A stretch of DNA of 64,000 bases from an uncultured virus (IMG/VR IMGVR_UViG_3300042559_001081) (IMGVR_UViG_3300042559_001081:62001-126000), one strand, 5' to 3'. Positions 1 through 10,011 are shown, counted from the first letter of the stretch. Translations and numbers: made by a program. Notes: generated by a model not told the origin, from the letters alone.

Positions 1-887
1 TGCCATATTTGTTCTTGTTTAGGATCTTTTTGCCACCATTTGTACATTCGACCAGCAGTCCAACAACAAGGCATTGCTATCCCTTCTGCTGTAATAAACA
101 AACTGCCTTCGTCTTTTACCTTGCATCTGATAGGAGTTTGTTGATAGTAAGCATCCATGCTTCCGTATTTTATTTCTAACAATGTTTGCTTCTTTAATGC
201 ATTGTTTACATATTTGTCATCGGGCTTTTTAAGTTCGGTTGTTTGATTACCTTTTCGATCAATTGCTTGGTGTGATTCTTTTTTCTTGCTATCTTGCGTA
301 ATAAATCTACCAGTTTTTTTAGCAACAAACTTTTCAAAGCCTAATTCCTTTGACAACGCTTCTGCGTCTTCGACCTGATGTTGGTTATGTTCAAATATTA
401 AAAAATCCCAACGTGCTCTGCCGCCGGCTGCAATAAATGCTCGCATACTACGTTCGACTATATTCCAGTTAACACCTTGACGATACAAATGATTTGTATC
501 ACCGAGTCCGTCTACACTAAAAATAACAGTACCTGCTCTTCCAAGTATAGTTGCAAGTTCTTGCCACCATTCGGGATCACGGGCGCCAGCATTTGTATTC
601 ATGCTTAACCACATCTTAGGATTATTTTGTCTAAAATAGCGAAATATTTCTAGTGTGTCTCGAGCAACAATTGGATCTCCTAAATTACCGCACATATACA
701 TGGTGTTTAGCTGTGCTATAAATTCCGGTGTGAATATTTTTTTACAATCATCGAGTGTTAGTTCACTTAAATCTATATGAGGATTTAGTGCTCCGCCGTT
801 TTGATTACGGTCACACATAGGGCAACTAGCTTGACAGTTTTGTGTTACTTCTAAGTGTATGGTTTTTATATCTTTATATTCATACAT
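1..887 (-). CDS. Radical SAM protein with C-terminal SPASM/twitch-like Cys motif (partial, runs off left edge)
   Basis: Not in the ORF track; manual translation from ATG at 887 gives MYEYKDIKTIHLEVTQNCQASCPMCDRN (CxxxCxxC), then MCGNLGDP, SMNTN and RCKVKDEGSLFITAEGIAMPCCW near the edge. Confidence 0.9.
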   Translation of the reverse strand, partial: MYEYKDIKTIHLEVTQNCQASCPMCDRNQNGGALNPHIDLSELTLDDCKKIFTPEFIAQLNTMYMCGNLGDPIVARDTLEIFRYFRQNNPKMWLSMNTNAGARDPEWWQELATILGRAGTVIFSVDGLGDTNHLYRQGVNWNIVERSMRAFIAAGGRARWDFLIFEHNQHQVEDAEALSKELGFEKFVAKKTGRFITQDSKKKESHQAIDRKGNQTTELKKPDDKYVNNALKKQTLLEIKYGSMDAYYQQTPIRCKVKDEGSLFITAEGIAMPCCWTAGRMYKWWQKDPKQEQIW

Positions 888-1107
888 CGTATATTAACTC
901 TACATCCTTTCCTGGACCTATTTTACTAGGAAGATCACCGTATTGCTCTATGTACCATTTAATTACAGCTATATACCAATTTTGACTATTATGATGTGCC
1001 TGTTTATTAAATTGAAAAATATTATTATTAGTTGCTTGTATTGTGCTTAACGCACGGGCACTTTCTTTTTGTAAATCTCTTAAACTTAACTTTGTTAAAT
1101 CATTCAT
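880..1107 (-). CDS. Hypothetical protein, 75 aa
   Basis: ORF overlapping both neighbours in operon fashion; no motif recognised. Confidence 0.7.
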   Translation of the reverse strand: MNDLTKLSLRDLQKESARALSTIQATNNNIFQFNKQAHHNSQNWYIAVIKWYIEQYGDLPSKIGPGKDVELIYDV

Positions 1108-1787
1108 TCTAATTCTAACATCCCATTAATGTTTTTAATGCCTTCGCTTGAAAAATTAAACATTCTTTCATTAAAAATTTCTTGTAGTTTGTCTTTATTT
1201 AAAACGTTTATTATTTTATATGGAGTTTTTCCAGGTTCGAATGTAGGACGTGGCGGAGAATCTTCAAATGGTAAATTTAATTTTTTATAATCAGTATAAC
1301 TATCAAAAGAAAGATCTTCAAAATAAATTATGTCGTTATGAATGTTATTTTTTTTTAATTCAGCAAACTTTGTCCAAAGATCAATTTTTCTTTCTAAAAC
1401 TTCTGTAAATTGATACTCGTCTATACTAATAGTTGTTTTTTCGTAAGGAAAATCGTTAAAATTTTGTAATTTATTAGCTACAACATGACTAAATGTATTT
1501 TGAAACAGATCTTTTCTTAAAAGAAAGATTTTATACCAAATGTTGTTATTTAAAAAAAATTTAATAGTCTTAGGTCTCTTAATCTCATATATTTGATTTA
1601 AGTGAGTTTTTAATATAACATTTTTATGTAACAAACAGGTTTTAATTATACCTTTTACATACGTGTCTGGCTGTTCAGTCATAAAGGGTTCTGTAAGAAA
1701 AAACGTATTCCTATAAAAATAACGATAGATGGTTCTAGCAAAATAACTACTTCCTGTTCTTGTACTAGATATTATAAGTATTTTCAT
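1104..1787 (-). CDS. PAPS-dependent sulfotransferase (Stf0-like)
   Basis: N-terminal IISSTRTGSSYF (5'-PSB loop), LLRKDLFQNTFS (3'-PB, R..S), IYFEDL. Confidence 0.75.
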   Translation of the reverse strand: MKILIISSTRTGSSYFARTIYRYFYRNTFFLTEPFMTEQPDTYVKGIIKTCLLHKNVILKTHLNQIYEIKRPKTIKFFLNNNIWYKIFLLRKDLFQNTFSHVVANKLQNFNDFPYEKTTISIDEYQFTEVLERKIDLWTKFAELKKNNIHNDIIYFEDLSFDSYTDYKKLNLPFEDSPPRPTFEPGKTPYKIINVLNKDKLQEIFNERMFNFSSEGIKNINGMLELE

Positions 1788-2635
1788 TATTTTATTCCAA
1801 TTTTCATAAATCTTGTATACTTAGGTAAAACTAATTCACCCTTAAAAAGTGTATTAGTCATAGGTGCTTTTTTATCAAACTCGTCTAAATCTGTTGAACA
1901 ATTAACATGTTCTGCAACTTCAAAATAATTATTTCCTTGTAAAATTACTAATTTTCCTGTTGGAATTTTTTCATACCAATCTTTAAAATTTTCTATATGC
2001 TCGCAACTAGTATTAATAATTGTATTAGGGATATCAGTTATAGGATAACTCATCCTGTTATTTGCATTGCTCCAATATTGCCAAGTATGTTCTCTGTAAT
2101 CAATGTCTTGTATATTTTGTATTAATGACTTAAATCTCCACTGATCTGTAAACCAAGGTTTGTTAAAAACTTCTGCAATATCTACTGTGGTAGGATCAAT
2201 ATCAAAACTTCTAATTTTGTCAATTTTAATTCCGCTTTCAAACAACATTACTGCAAGTGTACCATACCACCCTGCACATAAAAAAACTGTACCTAACTCA
2301 ACATCTAGTTTTTTTAATTCATTAACCAACCATAGTTTACTTTGTAATTGACCTCTACTAAAACAATCGTTGTCAATCTTTAAATTGTTAACATAAAAGT
2401 TTTTGAATGCTGAGACAAATTGAGTATCAACGTAATTGTCTAATAATGGCCAAAGTTTCCATGCATTGTCTTCTAGAATTAGTTTTCTTAAATCTTCTTT
2501 GTTTTGATCATTAACTATGCGAAAAATACTGTTTAAATCTCGGTCAATATAAGCTCTACGCAGGTCTGATAATTTATTATTATCAGAATAGAGTAATTCA
2601 AATCTATCTAATATCTCAAATATTTCTAGCATCAA
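1787..2635 (-). CDS. Class I SAM-dependent methyltransferase-like protein
   Basis: VFLCAGWYG glycine loop, SFDID acidic motif II, IINTSCEH motif. Confidence 0.6.
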   Translation of the reverse strand: MMLEIFEILDRFELLYSDNNKLSDLRRAYIDRDLNSIFRIVNDQNKEDLRKLILEDNAWKLWPLLDNYVDTQFVSAFKNFYVNNLKIDNDCFSRGQLQSKLWLVNELKKLDVELGTVFLCAGWYGTLAVMLFESGIKIDKIRSFDIDPTTVDIAEVFNKPWFTDQWRFKSLIQNIQDIDYREHTWQYWSNANNRMSYPITDIPNTIINTSCEHIENFKDWYEKIPTGKLVILQGNNYFEVAEHVNCSTDLDEFDKKAPMTNTLFKGELVLPKYTRFMKIGIK

Positions 2636-5189
2636 ACTGTTCCTTTAACCAATTAAAGTCGTTAATTTTTTTCAAAGTTTCGATGCTGTCTTTATTTCTT
2701 GCACCAAAAAGTGCACCAAATTTAGCACCATCTATTGCATATTTGCCAAACGGTCTATCTTTGCCTGTTGTACACCATGTTTGCAATCTGTTTTGCGTTT
2801 CTGTATCTTTTTGCCTATCGATAATTTTACTGCTTAATTTAGTGCATTCTCTAAAAGCACTTTTCCAAGTATTAAACGGGTCTGTGTTAAATCCTGTGAC
2901 ATTAGAGATTTCTTGCACTGCTTTAAACTTGCTGCTAATGCTAGTTGTCATATCAGGCTTTGATGTATCCATATTAATAGTTAGTTCTGTAGGAAATAGT
3001 TTTATGCCGCCGTATCCATATACAAGATCATTAATCGGATTTACAGATCGCCATACATGCACCATTTCTTTATCCCAACGAGGAACTTGATAATCAAATT
3101 TAAAATTAGATTCTACAAGTGCGTCGCCGTCGACAATCCAAAACATATCAGTTGAACATAGTTTAGCTGCCTCTATATGTGCCTGATGAATTCCTTTAAC
3201 TCCGTGAACACGCTTTGCTCTAGGAAATCTGGCTATCAAATATTTGTAATACTCGTCTGCGTTGGGTTCTTGATAACTAATAAAAACAATGTCGTATAGT
3301 GCAGGTGTTGATATAACCACGTTGACTTCTTTTTTATGAGCAATAAATCTATAATCTAATTCTCTTTTACTGAATTTTGCCTGTTTACTGCAAAGAAGAA
3401 TACCGTCATTGTACTTTCCATTTAAATATGCATGATTTATTGTTCTGTCATACGTATTATCATGCGTAAAATATGTGTCGTATTTAAATCGTGTTGTTGG
3501 ATTTACATAACTAGGAATAATCCAAAACATTTCAGTTTTAGAATTTTCAAGTGCATACAAGTATTCGTCATAAGTGTCAACATTAAACTTTTCGTATTGT
3601 ACAGGACCACTTGCTACAACAGGCCATTCTTTTCGGTTAAGTATAAACTTATGATTAATTTCTTTTTCAGAAATTTTTCTATTTTTACTAAACAAGAAAA
3701 CACCGTTATAATAGTCTTTATCATTTACTCGATGTATAAACGAATGATTTGTTGTTCTGTCATATTCGTTATCATGAGTAAAATAGATGTTAAACAAAAA
3801 GTTATCATCTATTTTTATATTATTGCTTGTACCCCAAAACATTTCAGTTTTAGAATTTTCAAGTGCATACAAGTATTCATCATACGTATCTATATTAAAT
3901 CTGTCATATTGCACAGGACCACTTGCTACAATGGGCCATTCTTTTCTATTTACAATAAACCTATGTTCTATTTCTCGTTGAGTAAGTTTCTTATTTTTAG
4001 ATAGTAAAAACACACCATTATATAAGTCATTGCCATCAACACGGTGTATAAAAGCGTGATTTATTGTTCTGTCATATTCGTTGTCATGAGTAAAGTATAC
4101 ATCAAAATCGAAAGAACTAAAGTCAATGTTATTACTAGTACCCCAGAACATTTCAGTTTTAGAATTTTCAAGTGCATACAAGTATTCGTTATAAGTGTCA
4201 ACATTAAACTTTTCGTACTGTATAGGTCCACTTGCTACAATGGGCCATTCTTTTCTATTAATAATAAATCTATGTTCTATTTCTTTTTTTGTCAAAACAC
4301 AATGCTTACTACATAAGAAAACTCCATTGTATAAGTCTTGGTCTTTAACTCTGTGTATAAAAGCGTGATTTGTCTTAGAGTCATAATTATCATGAGAAAC
4401 ATATATACGGTTTAACACACTGTCGTCAACACAAATGTTTCTCGACAACATCCAAAACATATCAGTATTAGAATTTTTAAGTGCATACAAATATTCATCA
4501 TACGTATCTATATTAAATTTGTCATATTGCACAGGACCACTTGCTACAATGGGCCATTCTTTTCTATTAATAATAAATCTATGTTCTATTTCTTTTTTTG
4601 TTAAAGGTCTGTTTTTACTACAAAGAAATATTCCGTTATAGTAATCTGTTCCGTCAACGCGGTGTATAAAAGCATGATTTTCATTTCTGTCATAGCTGTT
4701 ATGATGAGAAATATAAAAATTGATTATTAGTTCGTTATTTTCTTTTACATTTCTTGACAACATCCAAAACATTTCAGTTTTAGAATTTTCAAGTGCATAC
4801 AAATATTCGTCGTAAGTGTCAATATAAAACTTGTCGTATTGTATCGGACTACTAGCTTTTATATCGACTTCTTTTTTATTAATAAAAAATCTATGAGAGA
4901 TTTCTTTATTTGATATGTTAGAATTTTTTGGAACTAAACAAATTCCGTCGTAGTCTGTTCCGTTTAAAAAAACATGAATGTAATCTTTACTCCATTCATC
5001 TGGAGTATAAGAAAAATCAAAACTTTCTAATACATCACAGTCGTCCCAAATTACCCAAAACATTTCAGTCATAGAAATGTTTTGTGCTTGTCGAAAATCC
5101 ACTGCTACTTTTGCTATAGGAAAACGAGCTTTTATTTTTTTAAAGTTTTCATTTGAAAACTTTTGTTTAATGTAAATTATGTCATACAT
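2616..5189 (-). CDS. GT-A fold glycosyltransferase-like protein with six N-terminal ~100-aa repeats
   Basis: C-terminal YDIVFISYQEPNAD...RVHGVKG...MFWIVDGD (DxD) domain, paralogous to 22124-23056; repeated YDEYLYALENSKTEMFW...RKEWPIVASGP units. Confidence 0.75.
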   Translation of the reverse strand: MYDIIYIKQKFSNENFKKIKARFPIAKVAVDFRQAQNISMTEMFWVIWDDCDVLESFDFSYTPDEWSKDYIHVFLNGTDYDGICLVPKNSNISNKEISHRFFINKKEVDIKASSPIQYDKFYIDTYDEYLYALENSKTEMFWMLSRNVKENNELIINFYISHHNSYDRNENHAFIHRVDGTDYYNGIFLCSKNRPLTKKEIEHRFIINRKEWPIVASGPVQYDKFNIDTYDEYLYALKNSNTDMFWMLSRNICVDDSVLNRIYVSHDNYDSKTNHAFIHRVKDQDLYNGVFLCSKHCVLTKKEIEHRFIINRKEWPIVASGPIQYEKFNVDTYNEYLYALENSKTEMFWGTSNNIDFSSFDFDVYFTHDNEYDRTINHAFIHRVDGNDLYNGVFLLSKNKKLTQREIEHRFIVNRKEWPIVASGPVQYDRFNIDTYDEYLYALENSKTEMFWGTSNNIKIDDNFLFNIYFTHDNEYDRTTNHSFIHRVNDKDYYNGVFLFSKNRKISEKEINHKFILNRKEWPVVASGPVQYEKFNVDTYDEYLYALENSKTEMFWIIPSYVNPTTRFKYDTYFTHDNTYDRTINHAYLNGKYNDGILLCSKQAKFSKRELDYRFIAHKKEVNVVISTPALYDIVFISYQEPNADEYYKYLIARFPRAKRVHGVKGIHQAHIEAAKLCSTDMFWIVDGDALVESNFKFDYQVPRWDKEMVHVWRSVNPINDLVYGYGGIKLFPTELTINMDTSKPDMTTSISSKFKAVQEISNVTGFNTDPFNTWKSAFRECTKLSSKIIDRQKDTETQNRLQTWCTTGKDRPFGKYAIDGAKFGALFGARNKDSIETLKKINDFNWLKEQFDARNI
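3300..5189. repeat. Intragenic tandem repeat, period ~309-312 bp
   Basis: Block ccaaaacatttcagttttagaattttcaagtgcatacaa or close variant starts at about 3522, 3834, 4143, 4452 and 4764, with a degenerate copy at 5055. Confidence 0.9.
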
Positions 5190-5192
5190 AAA

Positions 5193-6719
5193 TCACCAAT
5201 TGTAACGAGAATCTAGAAATATGCTAGCAAATTCCGGAAATGTGTCAATAAAGTTTGTGCCGCGACGCTGATCGTGTTGCAATACATATTTTACAAAATT
5301 TATTTTATTTATATGCATTTCGTTGGGTGAAATATTTGACCTATCTCGAAAAATATCTAAATTTCTTTCTGCTTTTGCTATTTCAAAATCGTAAAATCCT
5401 GCAAAGTTAGATACGTCGGAATTTTTTTTCATAAAGTCAATTCCTTCTTCAAGGTATGAAGAAAATTCTAACGGAAGCACATTCATGTTTTGCCATGCAG
5501 GATTTCTTAAAATAGGAATGTCAAACCAAATTCTTTGTCTGGGATGAATTTCGTAATCCGGATGAGTATAATACGGATCATATATTGGTATGAATTGTAT
5601 GCCCTGCTTGTCTTTGCTAAATTCCGTTCTTAAATCGAGTATATATTGTAAGTAATCCTTAAATTTAGGAAAACTTAATGCATTAAATGTATTAATAAAT
5701 GTAACTGTAGTATTCTTAGTTTCATTTAAAAATCTACTAACGTTTTCTTGCATATAAGAATAGTTTAAACCTGTACGAATATACTCCGCTTGGGTTCCTA
5801 CCGAGTCAACACTTACAAATAATGCAAGATTTTTTAGTGCCATATTTACATACCAATGATTGTTAGCACCCGGGTTAAAGCGTTCTTTGTCTTCCCATAT
5901 TTGTATTTCCTCGAGTTTCTTAATTTTTTCTATAAACTTGTCCATTAACTCAGGCTTTGGAGGAGAAAAATTACTAGTGATACTTAACTCTAACCAAGTG
6001 TTAGGATTTTCATATATGTAATCTAAAACTTTAAAAGTATTTGCATCCATAAGAGGCTCACCGCCTGTAATTCTAAACACTTCTAATTTTTTATATAACT
6101 CAGGCCACCATTTCCAAAAAGCAGATATATAAGGATTTTCCGATTGTTTTGATTTTAAAGGCATTAACCCTGCAGATGCAAGGGCATCTAAATTGTTATG
6201 CCCAACTTCATTATTGTTAATATCTAAAATTTTAAACTCGCCTAACTTTTTAACTTCGTCTTCCCACTCAGTGCTTAAATGCGGAGAACAATACATGCAT
6301 TTTAAATTACATGCTTGATTAAAGTTAACTTCCATATATCTAGGATTTATGTTACTAGTGTCAAGAGAATCTATAATATCACTGCGAGAATTTTGTGCCC
6401 AATATTCTCCTGATCGATATATCCTGTCACTTCTATTTCCAGAATCTTCAATTTTCCAGCAATACGAGCATCCTGCCGGTCTTTCGCCTTTGAGCATTAA
6501 AGATCGTTCTGCTTTTTTTTCTTGTGTATTATGAAGAGCACTAGGATTTTTTTCTATTTCAGGAATACTTATTTTATGTAACGGCGGATGATAGCAGCTA
6601 TGTGTTGTTCCATTGGTTAAGTGCATCGACACTTGTGCCCATTTAGCATAACACATTGTTTTACTTATTTTTTTAAGTTGATTTTCGGCTATATCTGCAG
6701 ATTGGTTATAATCACTCAT
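5193..6719 (-). CDS. Radical SAM protein with N-terminal twitch-like Cys domain
   Basis: CNLKCMYC, ITGGEP, N-terminal CYAKW...SCYHP...GCSYCW. Confidence 0.9.
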   Translation of the reverse strand: MSDYNQSADIAENQLKKISKTMCYAKWAQVSMHLTNGTTHSCYHPPLHKISIPEIEKNPSALHNTQEKKAERSLMLKGERPAGCSYCWKIEDSGNRSDRIYRSGEYWAQNSRSDIIDSLDTSNINPRYMEVNFNQACNLKCMYCSPHLSTEWEDEVKKLGEFKILDINNNEVGHNNLDALASAGLMPLKSKQSENPYISAFWKWWPELYKKLEVFRITGGEPLMDANTFKVLDYIYENPNTWLELSITSNFSPPKPELMDKFIEKIKKLEEIQIWEDKERFNPGANNHWYVNMALKNLALFVSVDSVGTQAEYIRTGLNYSYMQENVSRFLNETKNTTVTFINTFNALSFPKFKDYLQYILDLRTEFSKDKQGIQFIPIYDPYYTHPDYEIHPRQRIWFDIPILRNPAWQNMNVLPLEFSSYLEEGIDFMKKNSDVSNFAGFYDFEIAKAERNLDIFRDRSNISPNEMHINKINFVKYVLQHDQRRGTNFIDTFPEFASIFLDSRYNW

Positions 6720-6761
6720 AGGTAATCCTTTTTTACAATTATAACTAATTTATTAAAAATG

Positions 6762-7607
6762 TCAAGCGTTAGGGTATTTTTCTTTAATAAAATTTGCTAG
6801 TTCTTCTGCTATTACTTTATATCCATCAACATTAGGATGAATACAATTGGTTAAATGTTTCTTTGGATAATCTAAATTGCTGTAATGGTTATAGTATTGC
6901 GGCTGCATTTCATCTGAAAGCCAGTTATCTTTTCTAACTAATAATTCTACAAATGTCTTATAATCTCTAAAATTGTGTATATAACATGACCAATCTACTT
7001 TATTTGCTAATTTGTCGCAATGCTCATATAAAAAGTCTTTGCCACGGTCATCAAATGCGTTTGCTAAAACAAATTTTAAATTGTTGGCTTTACAAAAAGT
7101 TTGCACTTCTAAAATATTACATAAAGTTTCGATTGCAGTTGCATCCTCGGCATAAACTTGTCTTGTGTATATATCCCATAATTTACTGTTGCCTAGGTGC
7201 GGCCACACTGTTTGAAAATTATAATGACCTGCATCTTTAGTATCACTTTTATAACAAATTTTAGTATTTTTCCAAGAATCTCTAAAAAAATCAAATCGTT
7301 CATACCCACTCATCATGAACACTACAATTCCGTTTTCAACTTTTGAAAAATCTATATTTGTAAGATACAGACTTCTTGCACTGCCTCTATTTCCTATGCC
7401 GCGTTGTCCGAGATTGTAAGGAATGTATTCTGACAAATAATCTCTACATAATACATTAACCCAACTATTTCTGTGTTCGTGTTCTATAAGATGATAACTT
7501 TTGTGCATTGGAAGATTAATTTTTCCATTGTATTCTTTCCAGATCTCTTCTGGATAACCGCCTTCGCCTTGTGTCCAACTACATCCTAAGCCAAATAAAA
7601 CATTCAT
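6762..7607 (-). CDS. SGNH/GDSL-like hydrolase or acyltransferase
   Basis: GCSWTQG block I, GQRGIGN block II, C-terminal IHPNVDGYKVIA block V. Confidence 0.65.
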   Translation of the reverse strand: MNVLFGLGCSWTQGEGGYPEEIWKEYNGKINLPMHKSYHLIEHEHRNSWVNVLCRDYLSEYIPYNLGQRGIGNRGSARSLYLTNIDFSKVENGIVVFMMSGYERFDFFRDSWKNTKICYKSDTKDAGHYNFQTVWPHLGNSKLWDIYTRQVYAEDATAIETLCNILEVQTFCKANNLKFVLANAFDDRGKDFLYEHCDKLANKVDWSCYIHNFRDYKTFVELLVRKDNWLSDEMQPQYYNHYSNLDYPKKHLTNCIHPNVDGYKVIAEELANFIKEKYPNA

Positions 7608-8647
7608 TATCTAAAATCCTCGTATTTGTCATCACGTACAGTATCTAATGTAACACAGTGTGGGCCACCGCTTAATGTTCTTGCATGTCGCATTTGTACT
7701 GGCATTACATCAAAACCACGTGACTCTAATTGTTTGATTAAAGGAATTTGATTTTTTTCAACTGCAACTAAATTTTCGCTAATACTTAGCACATTCATAC
7801 TTAACCAAGGACTTGCAGGAGCCCAGTGATCTATAAATGGTGTAGGAATTGGATCTTCTGCCCAAATTTTATCCCAAGATTTAAAATAGGCAGGAATGTT
7901 ATTATTGTTAACTCTGCTCGGATTTAACAATACCTTTCCTGGAGCCAAAGGTAATATTGTTGTATCGACATGAACATAAGCATATATGTTATCCATAATA
8001 TGTACATTATATTTTTCACCCAATGTTGATTGTAACCATTGAGATCCTAATTTATTACCAGAATTTGAAACAAGATAAAAAATGTCTCGACCGCATTTAA
8101 TAACGTTGGCTGCGTCGAACGCAATTTCGTATTCGGTTAAAGTAGGTTTAGACAAATCTGATCTGTCATAAAGGTCATCTAACAGTTCAGGTTTTGGAGC
8201 AGATATCCATCTGCTACCTTTAGAAAAGTATTCCTTAAAAAGTTTTCTATAACCTAAGGTTTCAAAGTATCTAGATCTTAACGGCATCGGAGTTTCTATT
8301 AGCATATCTCCAATTACTAAAACACTATCTCTAGGACAATACATGTAGTATCCATCAGACGTCCAGTCCGGTGTTGCACATAGCAACCCTAAGTTTTTTA
8401 TTTCAGGACGATGAACTGTAACATTAACAGATTCTAATTGTTTTTGAAATGCATCTAAATCTTCTACAGTTTCGTCTATAACTTGTTCAGGGTATTTTCC
8501 TGCTGGCAATCCGGAAACTGTATCGTAATTTGCATAGTCAACACAATGAATGTCATGTTTTTTTGTTTTAGGTATTTGTGCATTTTCTGCCCGACCTAAT
8601 ATTACTTCTTTTAGAGTTCCCCATTCTGTGTTCGAGTTAACTTTCAT
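7607..8647 (-). CDS. Amidinotransferase (glycine / inosamine-phosphate amidinotransferase family, StrB1-like)
   Basis: NSNTEWGTLKEVILGR start, CPRD, FDAAN (Asp), HVDTT (His), GGPHCVTLD (Cys) catalytic triad. Confidence 0.9.
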   Translation of the reverse strand: MKVNSNTEWGTLKEVILGRAENAQIPKTKKHDIHCVDYANYDTVSGLPAGKYPEQVIDETVEDLDAFQKQLESVNVTVHRPEIKNLGLLCATPDWTSDGYYMYCPRDSVLVIGDMLIETPMPLRSRYFETLGYRKLFKEYFSKGSRWISAPKPELLDDLYDRSDLSKPTLTEYEIAFDAANVIKCGRDIFYLVSNSGNKLGSQWLQSTLGEKYNVHIMDNIYAYVHVDTTILPLAPGKVLLNPSRVNNNNIPAYFKSWDKIWAEDPIPTPFIDHWAPASPWLSMNVLSISENLVAVEKNQIPLIKQLESRGFDVMPVQMRHARTLSGGPHCVTLDTVRDDKYEDFR

Positions 8648-9293
8648 ATATTCTGTAAGGCCAAAAGACCTTTTGCTCCTTTAAATCTTTATAGGTTAAG
8701 TTACTGCCGGTATCTGGATTTTCATCAGGTAGATTTTCTAAAAGTAATAATCCCGAAGCTGCTTCTTCCGGAGTCATGTACATGTGATAACCAATACATT
8801 CATAATCGTCCTCGTCGTGCTTAACGTATTTGTGACGACCATCGTAAATCATTGGTCTGCACCAATTTATAAAATCATAATCGTCGGTTAAAATGACACC
8901 ACCTTTTCCTATTTTAAGAGTTTTTCTATGATGGAAACTAACACAGTAATAAGAACCTTTTACATACATGCCTCTTTTAAACCTAGTAGCACCATCTATA
9001 ATAGGGGTAGGTTCTAAGTAATATTCTCCACTCCATTCTTTTTCAACAAATTTAATCCTATTTCCTGCATGTATTATTTGCATAGGTGTACTTGCGTAAG
9101 TATGCGAAGGTATGCTAATTATTTGATTTTTTATGCCTAAGTATTTCATACAAAGAAACATAGCATTTGAACAACTGTCAACACAAACAGCGTATTTTGA
9201 TCCTGCATATTCTGCTAATTTGTTTTCAAAAAGTGTTACTGCATCCCAAGGATCGTTAATTTCATATCCTTTATTTTTCAGTTGGGATATCAT
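8637..9293 (-). CDS. DegT/DnrJ/EryC1/StrS-family PLP sugar aminotransferase (short form)
   Basis: FENKLAEYAGSKYAVCVDSCSNAM, DGA, SFHHRKTL (PLP Lys), GKGGVILTDD. ATG 9293 with a GGGG RBS preferred over ORF-track start 9365. Confidence 0.85.
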   Translation of the reverse strand: MISQLKNKGYEINDPWDAVTLFENKLAEYAGSKYAVCVDSCSNAMFLCMKYLGIKNQIISIPSHTYASTPMQIIHAGNRIKFVEKEWSGEYYLEPTPIIDGATRFKRGMYVKGSYYCVSFHHRKTLKIGKGGVILTDDYDFINWCRPMIYDGRHKYVKHDEDDYECIGYHMYMTPEEAASGLLLLENLPDENPDTGSNLTYKDLKEQKVFWPYRIYES

Positions 9294-10011
9294 AAGGTTC
9301 CCCTGTTTCTTCGTCAAACCAATAAAGGCTTCTATGAGGCAAGTCTTTTGAATCGTATGCTGCATTGCTTACATAAAAGAAAAGTCTAAATGCATTTCTT
9401 GTTATTCCTTCAGGGCATGTTAACGGATCTGGAAATCCATGAAATCCTTTTTTATGGTGTCTCCATAATACTGCTCTGTTGAATAGCGGAGGTACTCTTT
9501 GTATTATATTTTTATTTTGAAAATCATTAAACTGTAAGTGGCCGCCCCACTCATCTTTCCAGTCACTATTTAAATATATAATAAACGAAAGCATACGATG
9601 AACTTTCATTGTATCGTTCCAATTAAAGTCAGTATGTATTTTTAACGACGACCCGGTTTTAATTTTGCTATATCCGGCTCCAACTAAGTAAGGGTCCGGA
9701 ATTAAATCTTTAATCCCAGTTATTTCTGTAAGCCATTTCATAAATTGTTGACTATGAAACTGATTTACAAAATTTTCTGCTACAGGTGCAACATCCATGT
9801 TTATACATTCTTTCATGCTGCTACCGCGTCTAGTAAATTCTGTCCAATAATAATCTGGAATATTATTGCATTCTTTTTCTAAATCGTAGGCTAACTCTAG
9901 TGGAAGAAAGTCGTCAAGCACAATCATAGGAAATGGAGGAGTGCCTACAAATGTGTCATTTAATTTTTTAGTATTGTTAAATTTTGTTCTAACGTGATCG
10001 ATTAATTTCAT
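9271..10011 (-). CDS. 2OG-Fe(II) oxygenase
   Basis: PPFPMIVLDDFL, HTD (HxD), YLNSDWKDEWGGHL, PLFNRAV, FHG, distal Arg. Confidence 0.9.
   Translation of the reverse strand: MKLIDHVRTKFNNTKKLNDTFVGTPPFPMIVLDDFLPLELAYDLEKECNNIPDYYWTEFTRRGSSMKECINMDVAPVAENFVNQFHSQQFMKWLTEITGIKDLIPDPYLVGAGYSKIKTGSSLKIHTDFNWNDTMKVHRMLSFIIYLNSDWKDEWGGHLQFNDFQNKNIIQRVPPLFNRAVLWRHHKKGFHGFPDPLTCPEGITRNAFRLFFYVSNAAYDSKDLPHRSLYWFDEETGEPYDIPTEK

Noticed and set aside
3300..5189. Repeats as a CRISPR array or DGR template/variable pair
   Set aside because: They are in-frame coding repeats of ~310 bp, differences are not confined to adenines, and no reverse transcriptase or cas gene is present
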